In this document: positions 1-9,807 of the stretch, one piece after another | How positions within the stretch are numbered: position 1 is the first letter of the stretch | How the letters are laid out: every line of letters begins with the position of its first letter | The notes under the pieces: model-generated | Seen by the model: the letters and a program-made list of their open reading frames with translations, nothing else | Told to the model about the DNA's origin: nothing | The model's database searches: none | Made by a program: the position numbers and the translations under genes | Assembly (NCBI GenBank): GCA_965230295.1 | Contig: OZ246001.1 | Span: 2,976,001-3,040,000 of the forward strand | Length of the DNA: 64,000 bases | Direction of reading: 5' to 3' | DNA from: Marinicella sp. | GTDB lineage: Bacteria; Pseudomonadota; Gammaproteobacteria; Xanthomonadales; Marinicellaceae

Positions 1-1
1 T

Positions 2-193
2 CCCAAACATTTCGTGGCCATCACATTGGGTCATGATGAAGACTATATTTGTCTGGATTTATCTAAATACAACCCCAGCACAGGTGAATATGCGATTCAG
101 TATTGGGCACCACCGAGGATTTTTGGGGACAAAGTTTATCCAGATTTTCCGGCTTATATGACATCGTGTTTAAAATTTTGGAACAAACTATGA
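2..193 (+). CDS. 3' end of a probable SMI1/KNR4 (SUKH) family protein, truncated by the window edge
   Basis: Not in the ORF track. Frame 2 reads PKHFVAITLGHDEDYICLDLSKYNPSTGEYAIQYWAPPRIFGDKVYPDFPAYMTSCLKFWNKL*; the 'DYICLD...GE..I.YW...F..Y' pattern resembles SUKH C-termini. Confidence 0.55.
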   Translation, partial: PKHFVAITLGHDEDYICLDLSKYNPSTGEYAIQYWAPPRIFGDKVYPDFPAYMTSCLKFWNKL

Positions 194-268
194 ATGCTTT
201 AGATTGCTGGCAAAAGAGCTCGGTGATATTGACCTCTGCGCCAACCAACTCATCATCAAGGCATTGTC

Positions 269-1045
269 ATGGTTGAGTTAGTAGTCATTTCACTGGTCGC
301 CTTGTTGGCCTCACTGCTCACCCTGTTTTCAGGCTTTGGCTTAGGGACTTTGTTGATGCCGGTGGTGGCCTTGTTCTTTCCATTGGAAGTGGCCATTGGT
401 ATCACTGCCATAGTCCATTTGGCCAACAACCTGTTCAAAGTCGCTTTGTTGGGCAAACACGCGGTGCGTTCGGTGTTGCTGCGGTTTGGCCTGGTGGCTG
501 TGTTGGCCGCTTTTCTGGGTGCTTGGGTGCTGGGACGGTTGGCGGATTCCAGCCAGGTGTTCACCTTCAATCTGCTCAGTTTTGAGTTTCAAACCACGGG
601 ATTGAAACTGGTGGTGGGTGGTTTGATCTTGATCTTTGTGTTGTTGGAATTTTCTAAATGGTTTGCCCGCATCAAACTGGGTCCTAAGTTCTTGCCATTG
701 GGCGGTATGATCAGTGGCTTCTTTGGTGGTTTGTCTGGTCATCAAGGGGCCTTTCGCAGCATGTTTCTACTCAAAGCCGGTTTGACCAAAGAACAGTTTG
801 TGGCAACCGGTGTGATGGTGGCGGTGATGGTCGATGTCACCAGGATACTGGTCTATGGCAGAGATTTGGCCATTGATTACCAGACCATTGAGTGGGGTTT
901 GGTGATTACAGCCACACTGTCTGCCTTTGTTGGTGCGTATTTGGGTAAAAAACTGTTGGAGAAAATCACCATCAAAGCGGTTCATGTGGCCGTATCCTTG
1001 TTATTGGTGATCGTGGCAATAGGTTTGATCACGGGTCTGATCTAG
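269..1045 (+). CDS. TauE/SafE (sulfite exporter) family membrane protein
   Basis: 258 aa, highly hydrophobic, with SGFGLG and GFFGGLSGHQG glycine motifs typical of the family. Confidence 0.85.
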   Translation: MVELVVISLVALLASLLTLFSGFGLGTLLMPVVALFFPLEVAIGITAIVHLANNLFKVALLGKHAVRSVLLRFGLVAVLAAFLGAWVLGRLADSSQVFTFNLLSFEFQTTGLKLVVGGLILIFVLLEFSKWFARIKLGPKFLPLGGMISGFFGGLSGHQGAFRSMFLLKAGLTKEQFVATGVMVAVMVDVTRILVYGRDLAIDYQTIEWGLVITATLSAFVGAYLGKKLLEKITIKAVHVAVSLLLVIVAIGLITGLI

Positions 1046-1950
1046 CTGCTGTAAAGTTCAGCCGCTGCCTGAAATACCAATGAATGCCTTTCGGCCAGGG
1101 CTTTTTTGTCTTGATCGTAACCTCCACCAATGACGGTGGCCACCGGGATGTTGTGTTGTTGGATGGTTTCAAGCACCAGACGTTCCCTTGCTTTGATGCC
1201 AGCAAAACTGACATTGATCAGACCCAAATCATCTTCGGTATAGACATCTACTCCGGCGTCATAAAAGACCAAATCCGGTTGGGCCAGATCCAACACTTTG
1301 AGCAAGGTGTCGTGAACCACTTGTAAATAGGCTTGATCCTCAATGCCTTTCGACAAACCCACATCCAAATCACTGTTTTGTTTGTGGTGAGGGAAATTTT
1401 TTTCGCAATGAATCGAACAAGTGAAAATAGATGGTTCTTGGGCCAAGATTGCGGCGGTACCATCGCCTTGGTGTACATCACAATCAAAAATCAATATGCG
1501 TTCAGCCTTACCTTGTGCAATCAATGCCTTGGCGGCCACTGCCAGGTCGTTAAATACACAATACCCACGGCCGTGGTCATAGAAGGCATGGTGGGTACCG
1601 CCAGCCAGATGACAGGCAATCCCGTGGTTCAAGGCTATGGCCCCGGTCATCAAGGTTCCATTGGGCGATATTTTTGATCTTTTGACCAAGGCTTCACTCC
1701 AAGGTAGGCCCATCTTGCGCATGGCTTTGTCATTGAGTTGGTTGTTGGTGAAGCGATCGATGTAATCACTGTCATGCGCCAATTGCAACACTTCTGGTTT
1801 GATTTGGCCAGGTCGAAACACATTGTGTCCGGTCAACATGCCCATGGCCGTTAAACAAGCATGCAGTTCGTGAAACTTGCTCATGGGAAAGCGGTGATTG
1901 GCAGGAAATCGGTAGGAATAATACGGGCTGTAAATCAGTGGGATGTTCAT
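1042..1950 (-). CDS. Histone deacetylase family protein
   Basis: GGTHHA, GYCVFND, DCDVHQGDGT, YDAGVD and GGGY motifs. Confidence 0.92.
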   Translation of the reverse strand: MNIPLIYSPYYSYRFPANHRFPMSKFHELHACLTAMGMLTGHNVFRPGQIKPEVLQLAHDSDYIDRFTNNQLNDKAMRKMGLPWSEALVKRSKISPNGTLMTGAIALNHGIACHLAGGTHHAFYDHGRGYCVFNDLAVAAKALIAQGKAERILIFDCDVHQGDGTAAILAQEPSIFTCSIHCEKNFPHHKQNSDLDVGLSKGIEDQAYLQVVHDTLLKVLDLAQPDLVFYDAGVDVYTEDDLGLINVSFAGIKARERLVLETIQQHNIPVATVIGGGYDQDKKALAERHSLVFQAAAELYSS

Positions 1951-1966
1951 GTCGAGTGAGCTGGTC

Positions 1967-2182
1967 TTATGCCATCAGCACAATGCTGTACTGCTCACCA
2001 TTGAACTCAATCACGTCGCCAGACTTGATTTTATTGCGCCGCCGCAATTCCACTTGGCCATTGACCTTGACCATGCCTTCATCAATCACTATTTTGGCCT
2101 CGCCACCGGTACCCACCAAACCCTCGAATTTGAGGATCTTATACAGTTCAACGGGTTCGCGATTGATTTCTATGGTTTGCAT
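1967..2182 (-). CDS. S4-domain RNA-binding protein (YbcJ/YaaA-like)
   Basis: VELYKILKFEGLVGTGGEAK...VKVNGQVELRRRNKI; start taken at ATG 2182 rather than the ORF-track 2260. Confidence 0.88.
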   Translation of the reverse strand: MQTIEINREPVELYKILKFEGLVGTGGEAKIVIDEGMVKVNGQVELRRRNKIKSGDVIEFNGEQYSIVLMA

Positions 2183-2280
2183 GGTAAAGGTGTGGCAGTC
2201 AATAAAGATTCGATTATATGTCTGCTGTTCTGCCGGGGCAACAGTTCTCCACTTTGTCATTCTTTGGCTTTGTGAGTTAA

Positions 2281-3132
2281 CTAAAGCTGATTAATCGGAA
2301 TCCGGATGTACTGTATGCCATTGTCTGCTGCTGGGCCAAAGTCACCCAGACGCATGTTGGTTTGGATCGAAGGCAAAATCAATTTCGGTACCGCCAACAT
2401 TTGATCGCGCTGCTCTCTGATTTCTTGAAATTGAGACAAGCTGGTATTGGCCTGGATCATTTTGTTGTATTGCATTTGTTCGCCCACCGTGATGCAGCTG
2501 GTGGCTTTGCGATTATCCGGGTAGTCATGACACAGGTATAGGATGGTGTCTTCAGGATATTGATACAGCCGCTGAATCGAATTGAACAACTCAGCCGCAC
2601 TGCCGCCAGGAAAATCCACTCGGGCTGTGCCTGTATCCGGGTGGAAGAGGGTGTCACCAACGAACAATGACCCGCCTATCTCATAGGTGGCACAGGCAGG
2701 GGTGTGTCCCGGGGTGTGGATCACTGTGGCGGTTAATTCGCCGATTTTAAATTGTGCACCATCATCGAAAACACAATCAAATTGCGAACCGTCAATGGGG
2801 GTGTCACTGCCGGTATCAAACAAAGGCACCCATTTCCTGAGCACTGATCTGATGCCTGAGCCGATTGCTGTTTGTCCGCCCATGTGCTGTTTGAGGTAAT
2901 GAGCTGCTGAAATGTGGTCTGCATGGATGTGGGTTTCCAATAACCACTGGTTGTTCAAGTCATTATCGCGGATGTATCGGATCACTGCATCAGCACTGTC
3001 GGTTGTGATTTTGGCGGCATCTTGATCATAATCCATAACCGAGTCAATGACTGCACAACAGGACGTATTCGTGTCAACCACCACATGGGTAAAGGTTGAA
3101 GTTAGGTCGTCGTAGAAAGATTGAACGTGCAT
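2281..3132 (-). CDS. MBL-fold hydrolase, persulfide dioxygenase (Blh/ETHE1-like)
   Basis: LETHIHADH, HTPGHTPAC, FVGDTLF, GTARVDFPGG and LCHDY motifs. Confidence 0.88.
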   Translation of the reverse strand: MHVQSFYDDLTSTFTHVVVDTNTSCCAVIDSVMDYDQDAAKITTDSADAVIRYIRDNDLNNQWLLETHIHADHISAAHYLKQHMGGQTAIGSGIRSVLRKWVPLFDTGSDTPIDGSQFDCVFDDGAQFKIGELTATVIHTPGHTPACATYEIGGSLFVGDTLFHPDTGTARVDFPGGSAAELFNSIQRLYQYPEDTILYLCHDYPDNRKATSCITVGEQMQYNKMIQANTSLSQFQEIREQRDQMLAVPKLILPSIQTNMRLGDFGPAADNGIQYIRIPINQL

Positions 3133-3142
3133 GTCTTGGATT

Positions 3143-3718
3143 TTATTCTTGACTGAAATCGTACTGTTTTAATAACTCGTAATCTATGATGATGTCTTCT
3201 TCCTTGATGGAAAATTCACCACTTGGCATCTCTTTGATGTAGCGTTTCAAGGCAGTGATGCCAACCGGAAATGCAATGCGATCCCAGGGTATGTCTTCAG
3301 GTGCAAACAACCTGGCATCGGAGGTTTCAGCACCCGCACCAAAATGATTATGGGCCAATTCTGCGCGGAAATAAACATGGACTTGATTGCGTTGGATGAT
3401 GTTATAAACACCGAATAGAGTGATGTTCTTTAAATCTGCCAGCACCTCTTCTTTGACTTCACGGATCGCACCAGAACGGGTGGCTTCGCCATTTTCCATA
3501 AAGCCGGCAGGTATGTTCCAAAACCCTGATCTGGGTTGAATGGTGCGTTTCCCCAACAAGATTTTGCCTTCATGTTCGACGATACAGGCATTGACCACTT
3601 TGGGGTTCTCATATTGAATGTTGAAACAATGGGTACAGACGGCCCTGGGTTTATCGTCGCCTTCAGGAATCCGGTATTCGGCTTCATGCCCACATAAATT
3701 ACAGAATTTAATGCTCAT
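3143..3718 (-). CDS. Nudix hydrolase with N-terminal zinc ribbon
   Basis: CNLC...CTHC ribbon, YENPK, and Nudix box PAGFMENGE...REVKEE. Confidence 0.9.
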   Translation of the reverse strand: MSIKFCNLCGHEAEYRIPEGDDKPRAVCTHCFNIQYENPKVVNACIVEHEGKILLGKRTIQPRSGFWNIPAGFMENGEATRSGAIREVKEEVLADLKNITLFGVYNIIQRNQVHVYFRAELAHNHFGAGAETSDARLFAPEDIPWDRIAFPVGITALKRYIKEMPSGEFSIKEEDIIIDYELLKQYDFSQE

Positions 3719-3846
3719 CCCGACATTGTACCATTTTAGTGATAATCAGCTTGCTGGTAATTTAATCGGGTGGATGAATAACTTGAGTAATATCAATGTG
3801 ATCTTCTCCATCTTTTAATGTAGAGCGTTAATATTTGCGCTAAAAC

Positions 3847-3875
3847 TTGACAATTGTGGCAAAAATGAATATTTT
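3847..3875 (+). promoter_or_regulatory. Possible sigma70 promoter of the pyrimidine catabolic cluster; overlaps an imperfect RutR-box-like palindrome
   Basis: TTGACA(3847)-N17-TATTTT. TTGACAATTGTGGCAA only partly matches the RutR consensus TTGACCAnnTGGTCAA, and no regulator gene lies nearby. Confidence 0.3.
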
Positions 3876-4059
3876 TATTACCTAGGATTTATTGATTCAT
3901 TGTGCATTTTTTTAAATTCAGGTGCTCAATTTATGACCTAAATCTCATTTTGGAGACAACAGCTTCGAAATCAAATCATTACCAAAAGATTGAATCGTAA
4001 GGTTCAAAACTCTCAATCAATGGTCCTGGCATAACAAACAATAAAAAGAGGACTGAGTT

Positions 4060-5430
4060 ATGGCATTAAAGCCGTGTTTTTCAGCCGATGGAACTCCGCT
4101 TTCTTCGGCTTCTATAGACATCAATTTTTCTGACTTGCACGAACCTTTAGGCAAGCAACAAGCCTTGGCCGAAGCCAACCGGTGTATTTATTGTTACGAC
4201 GCACCCTGCATTCAAGCCTGTCCGACTGGCATTGATATTCCAACATTCATTCACCAAATTCGCAGCCACAATGTCAATGGCTCAGCGGAGACCATTTTGA
4301 GTGCCAACATCCTGGGTGGCACCTGTGCTCGTGTTTGTCCCACCGAAGTTTTGTGTCAGGAAGCCTGTGTTTTGAACAATGAACATGATCACGCCGTAGA
4401 AATCGGCCATTTGCAACGTTATGCGGTTGATCATTTGATGAACACGACCGATCAGCATCCGTTTAAGCGCAACCCTGAAACGGGCAAGTCAATTGCTGTG
4501 GTCGGCGCCGGACCTGCTGGTTTGGCCTGTGCCCATCGGGCCGCTATCCTAGGTCACCAAGTCACCATTTATGAGGCCAAAGCAAGACCTGGTGGCTTGA
4601 ATGAGTATGGATTGGCAGCCTACAAGATGGTCGATGAATTTGCCCAAAGGGAAGTCGAATTTTTACTGGACATCGGTGGCATAGAAATCAAGCACAATCA
4701 GGCATTAGGCAAAGATGTTTCTTTGGCCGAACTCAAACAAAAACATGATGCGGTTTTCATCGGTGTGGGATTGGGTTCGACCCATTCATTGGGTCTGGCC
4801 AATGAGGGAATAACCGGGGTGAGTGATGCGGTCGATTTCATTGCCCAAATCAGACAAGCCAGCAATAAATCATCCGTACAAGTGGGTCAAGATGTGGTGG
4901 TCATTGGTGCTGGGAATACCGCCATTGATGCTGCGGTTCAGGCCAAACGATTGGGCGCTGCCAATGTCACTTTGGTGTATCGTCGTGGTGAAGAGCACAT
5001 GAGTGCCACTGCTTGGGAAGTTAATCTGGCCCGCACCAATGGCGTGAACATCCACTTGTGGGCCGCTCCCAATGCCATCAAGGCCCAATCGATTGATGAT
5101 GTTGATTTTGTCAAAGCGATTGAATTCAACAAAACCAAAATTAAAAATAAAAAACTGGTGAATTCAGGCCAGTCGTACCAATTGAAGGCTGACATGGTTT
5201 TAAAAGCCATTGGGCAGAAACTGAACAATGATGATCTGGTTGGGTTATCCATTGAACGCGGAAAAATAGTGATCAATGAGCAGTACGAAACATCCATAAA
5301 TGGCGTTTACGCAGGCGGTGATGCCATCGCCTCTGGGGAGGATCTAACCGTGCAGGCTGTGGAAGATGGCAAGCTGGCAGCCCATGCCATCGACGCTGCA
5401 TTGAATACCGAGGAGGTGAATCATGGCTGA
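4060..5430 (+). CDS. preT: Dihydropyrimidine dehydrogenase subunit PreT (GltD-like)
   Basis: RCIYCYDAPCIQACP Fe-S motif, GAGPAG and GAGNTAIDAA; overlaps the preA start. Confidence 0.92.
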   Translation: MALKPCFSADGTPLSSASIDINFSDLHEPLGKQQALAEANRCIYCYDAPCIQACPTGIDIPTFIHQIRSHNVNGSAETILSANILGGTCARVCPTEVLCQEACVLNNEHDHAVEIGHLQRYAVDHLMNTTDQHPFKRNPETGKSIAVVGAGPAGLACAHRAAILGHQVTIYEAKARPGGLNEYGLAAYKMVDEFAQREVEFLLDIGGIEIKHNQALGKDVSLAELKQKHDAVFIGVGLGSTHSLGLANEGITGVSDAVDFIAQIRQASNKSSVQVGQDVVVIGAGNTAIDAAVQAKRLGAANVTLVYRRGEEHMSATAWEVNLARTNGVNIHLWAAPNAIKAQSIDDVDFVKAIEFNKTKIKNKKLVNSGQSYQLKADMVLKAIGQKLNNDDLVGLSIERGKIVINEQYETSINGVYAGGDAIASGEDLTVQAVEDGKLAAHAIDAALNTEEVNHG

Positions 5431-6688
5431 CCTGAGTTGTACCATAGCCGGCATTAACAGCATCAATCCATTTTGGCTGGCATCAGCACCACCAACAGAC
5501 AAATACATCAATGTGGTCAGGGCCTTCAAAGCAGGATGGGGGGGTGTGGTTTGGAAAACCTTGGGCGAAGATCCACCCGTGATCAATGTGTCCAGTCGCT
5601 ATGGAGTGCACAAGAACAACAACCACATCGTTGGTATCAATAACATTGAACTGATTTCTGACCGACCTTTACAGGTCAACTTGGATGAGATTAAACAGGT
5701 CAGGAAAGAGTGGCCTGATCGGGTGATCATTGGTTCCATGATGGCTGTCATTGAGGAGCGAGCCTGGAAAGAATTGGCGGTAAAAATTGCCGATGCAGGC
5801 GTACATGGCATTGAACTGAATTTGGGCTGTCCGCATGGCATGTGTGAACGTGGCATGGGCTCGGCCATTGGTCAAGTGCCAGAAATGATTGAACAAGTCA
5901 CCAGGTGGGTCAAAGAAGTGGTTGATATTCCGGTGTTGGTTAAGCTCACACCCAACATCACCAACATCCTGTGGGCTGCCGAAGCGGCGCAGGCTGGTGG
6001 CGCGGATGCGGTGGCTTTGATCAACACGGTGAATTCTATTGTGTCAGTGGACCTGGATGCCATGTCACCCACACCCGTGGTTGGCGGCCAAGGTACTCAT
6101 GGTGGCTATTGTGGCACTGCGGTGAAACCAATCGCCTTGAACATGGTGGCTGAAATCGCCCGCAACCCTGACACGAAAAATCTACAAATTTCTGCCATTG
6201 GTGGTATAGAAAACTGGCGTGATGCTGCAGAATTCATTGCATTGGGAGCCAATGGCTTGCAAGTGTGTACTGCAGCCATGCTGTATGGCTTCCGCATTGT
6301 TGATGACATGATTGCTGGCTTGCAGCAGTGGATGGATGACAAGGGTTATCAGACGCTCGATGATTTTCGCGGGCAAGCCGTGGCAAACACCGTCGATTGG
6401 AATGTGTTGAACATGAATTTCGACACCAAAGCGCTGATTGATGCGGAGTCTTGCATTGAATGTGGTCGCTGTCACATTGCTTGTGAGGACACCAGTCACC
6501 AAGCCATCACTTTTGATGTGGCAGAGGATGGCAAACGTACCTTTACAGTGGTTGATGAGGAGTGTGTCGGTTGTAATTTATGCCAACATGTTTGTCCGGT
6601 GCCTGAGTGTATCAGTATGGTTCCGGTTGAAAACGGTTTGCCCAATTTAACCTGGCCAGATCATCCGTTGAATCCAATGAACTCATAA
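5423..6688 (+). CDS. preA: Dihydropyrimidine dehydrogenase subunit PreA
   Basis: NPFWLASAPPT, LNLGCPHGM, KLTPN and two C-terminal 4Fe-4S motifs. Confidence 0.95.
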   Translation: MADLSCTIAGINSINPFWLASAPPTDKYINVVRAFKAGWGGVVWKTLGEDPPVINVSSRYGVHKNNNHIVGINNIELISDRPLQVNLDEIKQVRKEWPDRVIIGSMMAVIEERAWKELAVKIADAGVHGIELNLGCPHGMCERGMGSAIGQVPEMIEQVTRWVKEVVDIPVLVKLTPNITNILWAAEAAQAGGADAVALINTVNSIVSVDLDAMSPTPVVGGQGTHGGYCGTAVKPIALNMVAEIARNPDTKNLQISAIGGIENWRDAAEFIALGANGLQVCTAAMLYGFRIVDDMIAGLQQWMDDKGYQTLDDFRGQAVANTVDWNVLNMNFDTKALIDAESCIECGRCHIACEDTSHQAITFDVAEDGKRTFTVVDEECVGCNLCQHVCPVPECISMVPVENGLPNLTWPDHPLNPMNS

Positions 6689-6733
6689 AATTTTTCTATG
6701 AAGGGCATGAAGAAGTGTAAATATAAAAAACAA

Positions 6734-6855
6734 TGTCATCCTGAGTGGAGCGCAGCGAAACCGAAGGATCTCGCAATGCTGGGCTGTGGTTCAGAAACAG
6801 AAATTTCGTGTTCATTGGGAGATTCCTCCACTCGCTTCGCTCGGTCGGAATGACA
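6734..6855. repeat. REP/REPIN-like palindromic intergenic element, copy A
   Basis: TGTCATCCTGAG...CGAAGGATCTC / GAGATTCCTCCA...CGGAATGACA imperfect inverted arms; matches the element at 12246-12340 in reverse orientation. Confidence 0.75.
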
Positions 6856-6888
6856 TGTCTTTCATTTGATATAAAAAACTAAAACAAT

Positions 6889-8199
6889 ATGACAAAGCAA
6901 AACTTAGAAAACTACTGGATGCCCTTTACGGCCAACCGTCAATTCAAAGCCAAACCGCGGTTGGTGGTGGGTGCCGATGGCATGTATTTTAAACTGGATG
7001 ATGGTCGCCAATTACTCGATGGCATAGCTGGGCTGTGGTGCTGCAATGCAGGGCACAATCGGCCTCGCATCGTGGAAGCCGTTCGGAAACAAGCCGGCGA
7101 ATTGGATTATGCACCCTCATTCCAAATGGGCCATCCCAAACAATTTGAATTGGCAGAACGTCTGGCCAATCACATGCCAGGTGATTTGAACAAAGTGTTT
7201 TTCACCAACTCGGGTTCTGAGTCGGTCGAAACTGCCTTGAAAATGGCGATTGCCTACCATCGGGTCCGTGGAGAAGGTCACCGCACCCGATTGATCGGGC
7301 GGGAAAAGGGCTATCATGGCGTGAACTTTGGTGGCATGTCAGTGGGCGGCATGCCAGCCAATCGCAAGATGTTTGGCTCGCTGGTGGCTGGTGTGGATCA
7401 TTTGCGCCATACCCATGGTGTTGCAGGTAATGAATTTTCAAAAGGCCAACCTGATTATGGCGAAGAATTGGCCGATGATTTGTTGCGTATGGTGGATTTG
7501 CATGATGCATCGACCATTGCGGCTGTGATAGTAGAGCCGTTGGCTGGCTCAGCAGGGGTGATTTTACCGCCAAAGGGCTATCTGCAAAGACTGAGAAAAA
7601 TTTGTAATGCCCATGGCATCTTGCTTATTTTTGATGAAGTGATCACTGGCTTTGGCCGCTTGGGTGCACCTTTTGCAGTGAATTACTTTGGGGTAGAGCC
7701 TGATTTGGTCACCACGGCCAAGGGTTTGACCAATGGGGTGGTGCCCATGGGTGCCGTGTTTGCTCAGGATTATATTTATGATGCTTTCATGCATGGTCCA
7801 GACAATGCCATCGAGTTTTTCCATGGTTACACCTATTCAGGCAACCCCATGGCCTGTGCCACGGCTTTGGGTGTGCTTGACACCTATGAAGAAGACGGAC
7901 TGTTGACTCGTGCCAGCAGCTTGGCCGAATACTGGCAAGAAAAAGTGCACTCGCTGAAAGACCTGGAACATGTCATTGATTTAAGAAATTTGGGCTTGAT
8001 CGCAGGTATTGAGCTGAGGCCCAGGGAAGGCGCACCAACAGCGCGGGCCTTTGATGCCTTTTTGCAAGCCTATGATGCAGGTTTATTGATCCGCACCACA
8101 GGTGACACCATCGCTTTGTCACCCCCTTTGATCATAGAAAAAGAGCACATTGATTTTGCCTTTGAAACCTTGCGCAACATCATACATAACTTAGATTGA
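6889..8199 (+). CDS. Omega-amino acid (beta-alanine):pyruvate aminotransferase, class III PLP
   Basis: WMPFTANRQFK, NSGSESVETALK, FDEVITGFGRLG and TTAKG; context in a pyrimidine catabolic cluster. Confidence 0.92.
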   Translation: MTKQNLENYWMPFTANRQFKAKPRLVVGADGMYFKLDDGRQLLDGIAGLWCCNAGHNRPRIVEAVRKQAGELDYAPSFQMGHPKQFELAERLANHMPGDLNKVFFTNSGSESVETALKMAIAYHRVRGEGHRTRLIGREKGYHGVNFGGMSVGGMPANRKMFGSLVAGVDHLRHTHGVAGNEFSKGQPDYGEELADDLLRMVDLHDASTIAAVIVEPLAGSAGVILPPKGYLQRLRKICNAHGILLIFDEVITGFGRLGAPFAVNYFGVEPDLVTTAKGLTNGVVPMGAVFAQDYIYDAFMHGPDNAIEFFHGYTYSGNPMACATALGVLDTYEEDGLLTRASSLAEYWQEKVHSLKDLEHVIDLRNLGLIAGIELRPREGAPTARAFDAFLQAYDAGLLIRTTGDTIALSPPLIIEKEHIDFAFETLRNIIHNLD

Positions 8200-8211
8200 C
8201 AGAGAATAATT

Positions 8212-9708
8212 ATGGCATTGATACAACACATCATTAACGGTCAAAGGACTTCAGGTTCAACTGGAAAAACCCAGGCAGTGTTTAACCCAGCCAGCGGAGC
8301 GCAAACCGGAGAACTGGTATTGGGTGGCGCACAAGACGTTAACCAGGCCGTAGAATCATCCAATGCTGCTTTCAAGACTTGGTCGCAAACACCACCGGCC
8401 AAAAGGGCTGCAGTGATGTTCAACCTGCGACAGTTGTTGATGGATCGAGCCGATGAAGTGGCCCAAACCATCAGCAAAGAACATGGCAAAACGCATGATG
8501 ATGCGCTGGGTGAAGTGACCCGTGCCCTGGAAGTGATTGAATATGCTTGTGGCATTTCAGAAAAACTCAAAGGCGATTTCAATGCCAATGTAGGTCCCAA
8601 TATTGATACCCATTCAGAACGACAACCACTGGGCGTTGTGGCAGGGATCACACCTTTTAACTTTCCTGCGATGGTGCCTTTGTGGATGATCCCCATGGCC
8701 TTAGCCACGGGCAACACCTTCATCTTAAAACCCTCTGAAAGAGACCCATCCAGTGCCAATTTGGTACACGATTTATTTGCTGAAGCAGGGTTGCCAGCCG
8801 GCGTGTTGAATGTGGTTCACGGTGGTAAGGAAGCAGTGGATGCCATTTTAGACCACCCAGAGATAAAAGCCGTCAGCTTCGTAGGCTCGACCCCCATAGC
8901 AGAATATGTCTATACCCGTGGCTGTGCGGCGGGTAAAAGGGTTCAGGCCTTGGGCGGTGCCAAAAATCACATGATCATCATGCCGGATGCCGATTTAGAT
9001 CAAGCGGCAGATGCCTTGTTAGGTGCTGGCTTTGGCTCTGCTGGTGAACGCTGCATGGCCATCAGTATGGCTGTGCCTGTGGGTGAAGAAACAGCCGATC
9101 GTTTGATCGCAAAACTCAAACCACAAGTCGAAGCATTGAACATCGGTCCCCATGATCAGGAAGGTGCTGAAATGGGTCCTGTGATCACCAAAGAAGCCCA
9201 AACCCGCATTGAGGGGATGATCACCGATGGCGAACATGAAGGCGCACAGGTGGTGGTGGACGGCAGGAATTACCAAGTGCCTGGATATGAACAAGGATTT
9301 TGGGTGGGTGCCACCCTGTTGGATCACGTTCAACCCGATATGTCGGTTTATAAGCAAGAAATATTTGGCCCGGTGCTCTCAGTGTTGCGGGCCAAGGATT
9401 ATGATCAGGCTGTTGATCTGATCAATGCCCATGAATACGGCAATGGCACCGCGATTTTCACGCGGGACGGTGATGCAGCCAGAAACTTCGCATCCAAGAT
9501 TCAAGTGGGGATGGTGGGCATCAATGTGCCCATTCCAGTGCCAGTGGCGTATCACAGTTTTGGCGGCTGGAAACGTTCAATCTTTGGTGCCCATGGTATT
9601 TATGGACCAGAAGCGGTGCATTTTTACACCAAATTAAAAACCGTGACATCCAGGTGGCCAACAGGCATCAGATCAGGTGCACAGTTTACCTTTCCGAGTA
9701 TGAATTGA
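8212..9708 (+). CDS. mmsA: CoA-acylating (methyl)malonate-semialdehyde dehydrogenase
   Basis: ITPFNFPAM, LKPSERDP, GAKNH, GERCMA and EIFGPV motifs. Confidence 0.92.
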   Translation: MALIQHIINGQRTSGSTGKTQAVFNPASGAQTGELVLGGAQDVNQAVESSNAAFKTWSQTPPAKRAAVMFNLRQLLMDRADEVAQTISKEHGKTHDDALGEVTRALEVIEYACGISEKLKGDFNANVGPNIDTHSERQPLGVVAGITPFNFPAMVPLWMIPMALATGNTFILKPSERDPSSANLVHDLFAEAGLPAGVLNVVHGGKEAVDAILDHPEIKAVSFVGSTPIAEYVYTRGCAAGKRVQALGGAKNHMIIMPDADLDQAADALLGAGFGSAGERCMAISMAVPVGEETADRLIAKLKPQVEALNIGPHDQEGAEMGPVITKEAQTRIEGMITDGEHEGAQVVVDGRNYQVPGYEQGFWVGATLLDHVQPDMSVYKQEIFGPVLSVLRAKDYDQAVDLINAHEYGNGTAIFTRDGDAARNFASKIQVGMVGINVPIPVPVAYHSFGGWKRSIFGAHGIYGPEAVHFYTKLKTVTSRWPTGIRSGAQFTFPSMN

Positions 9709-9807
9709 GAATTTGATTTAATCATGAAAAAAATTAAACCACTAGGTAAATGAAAGTAATGAAGGAAATAACTAATAAATTAAAGAATAATATTTCTAAC
9801 ATAATTT

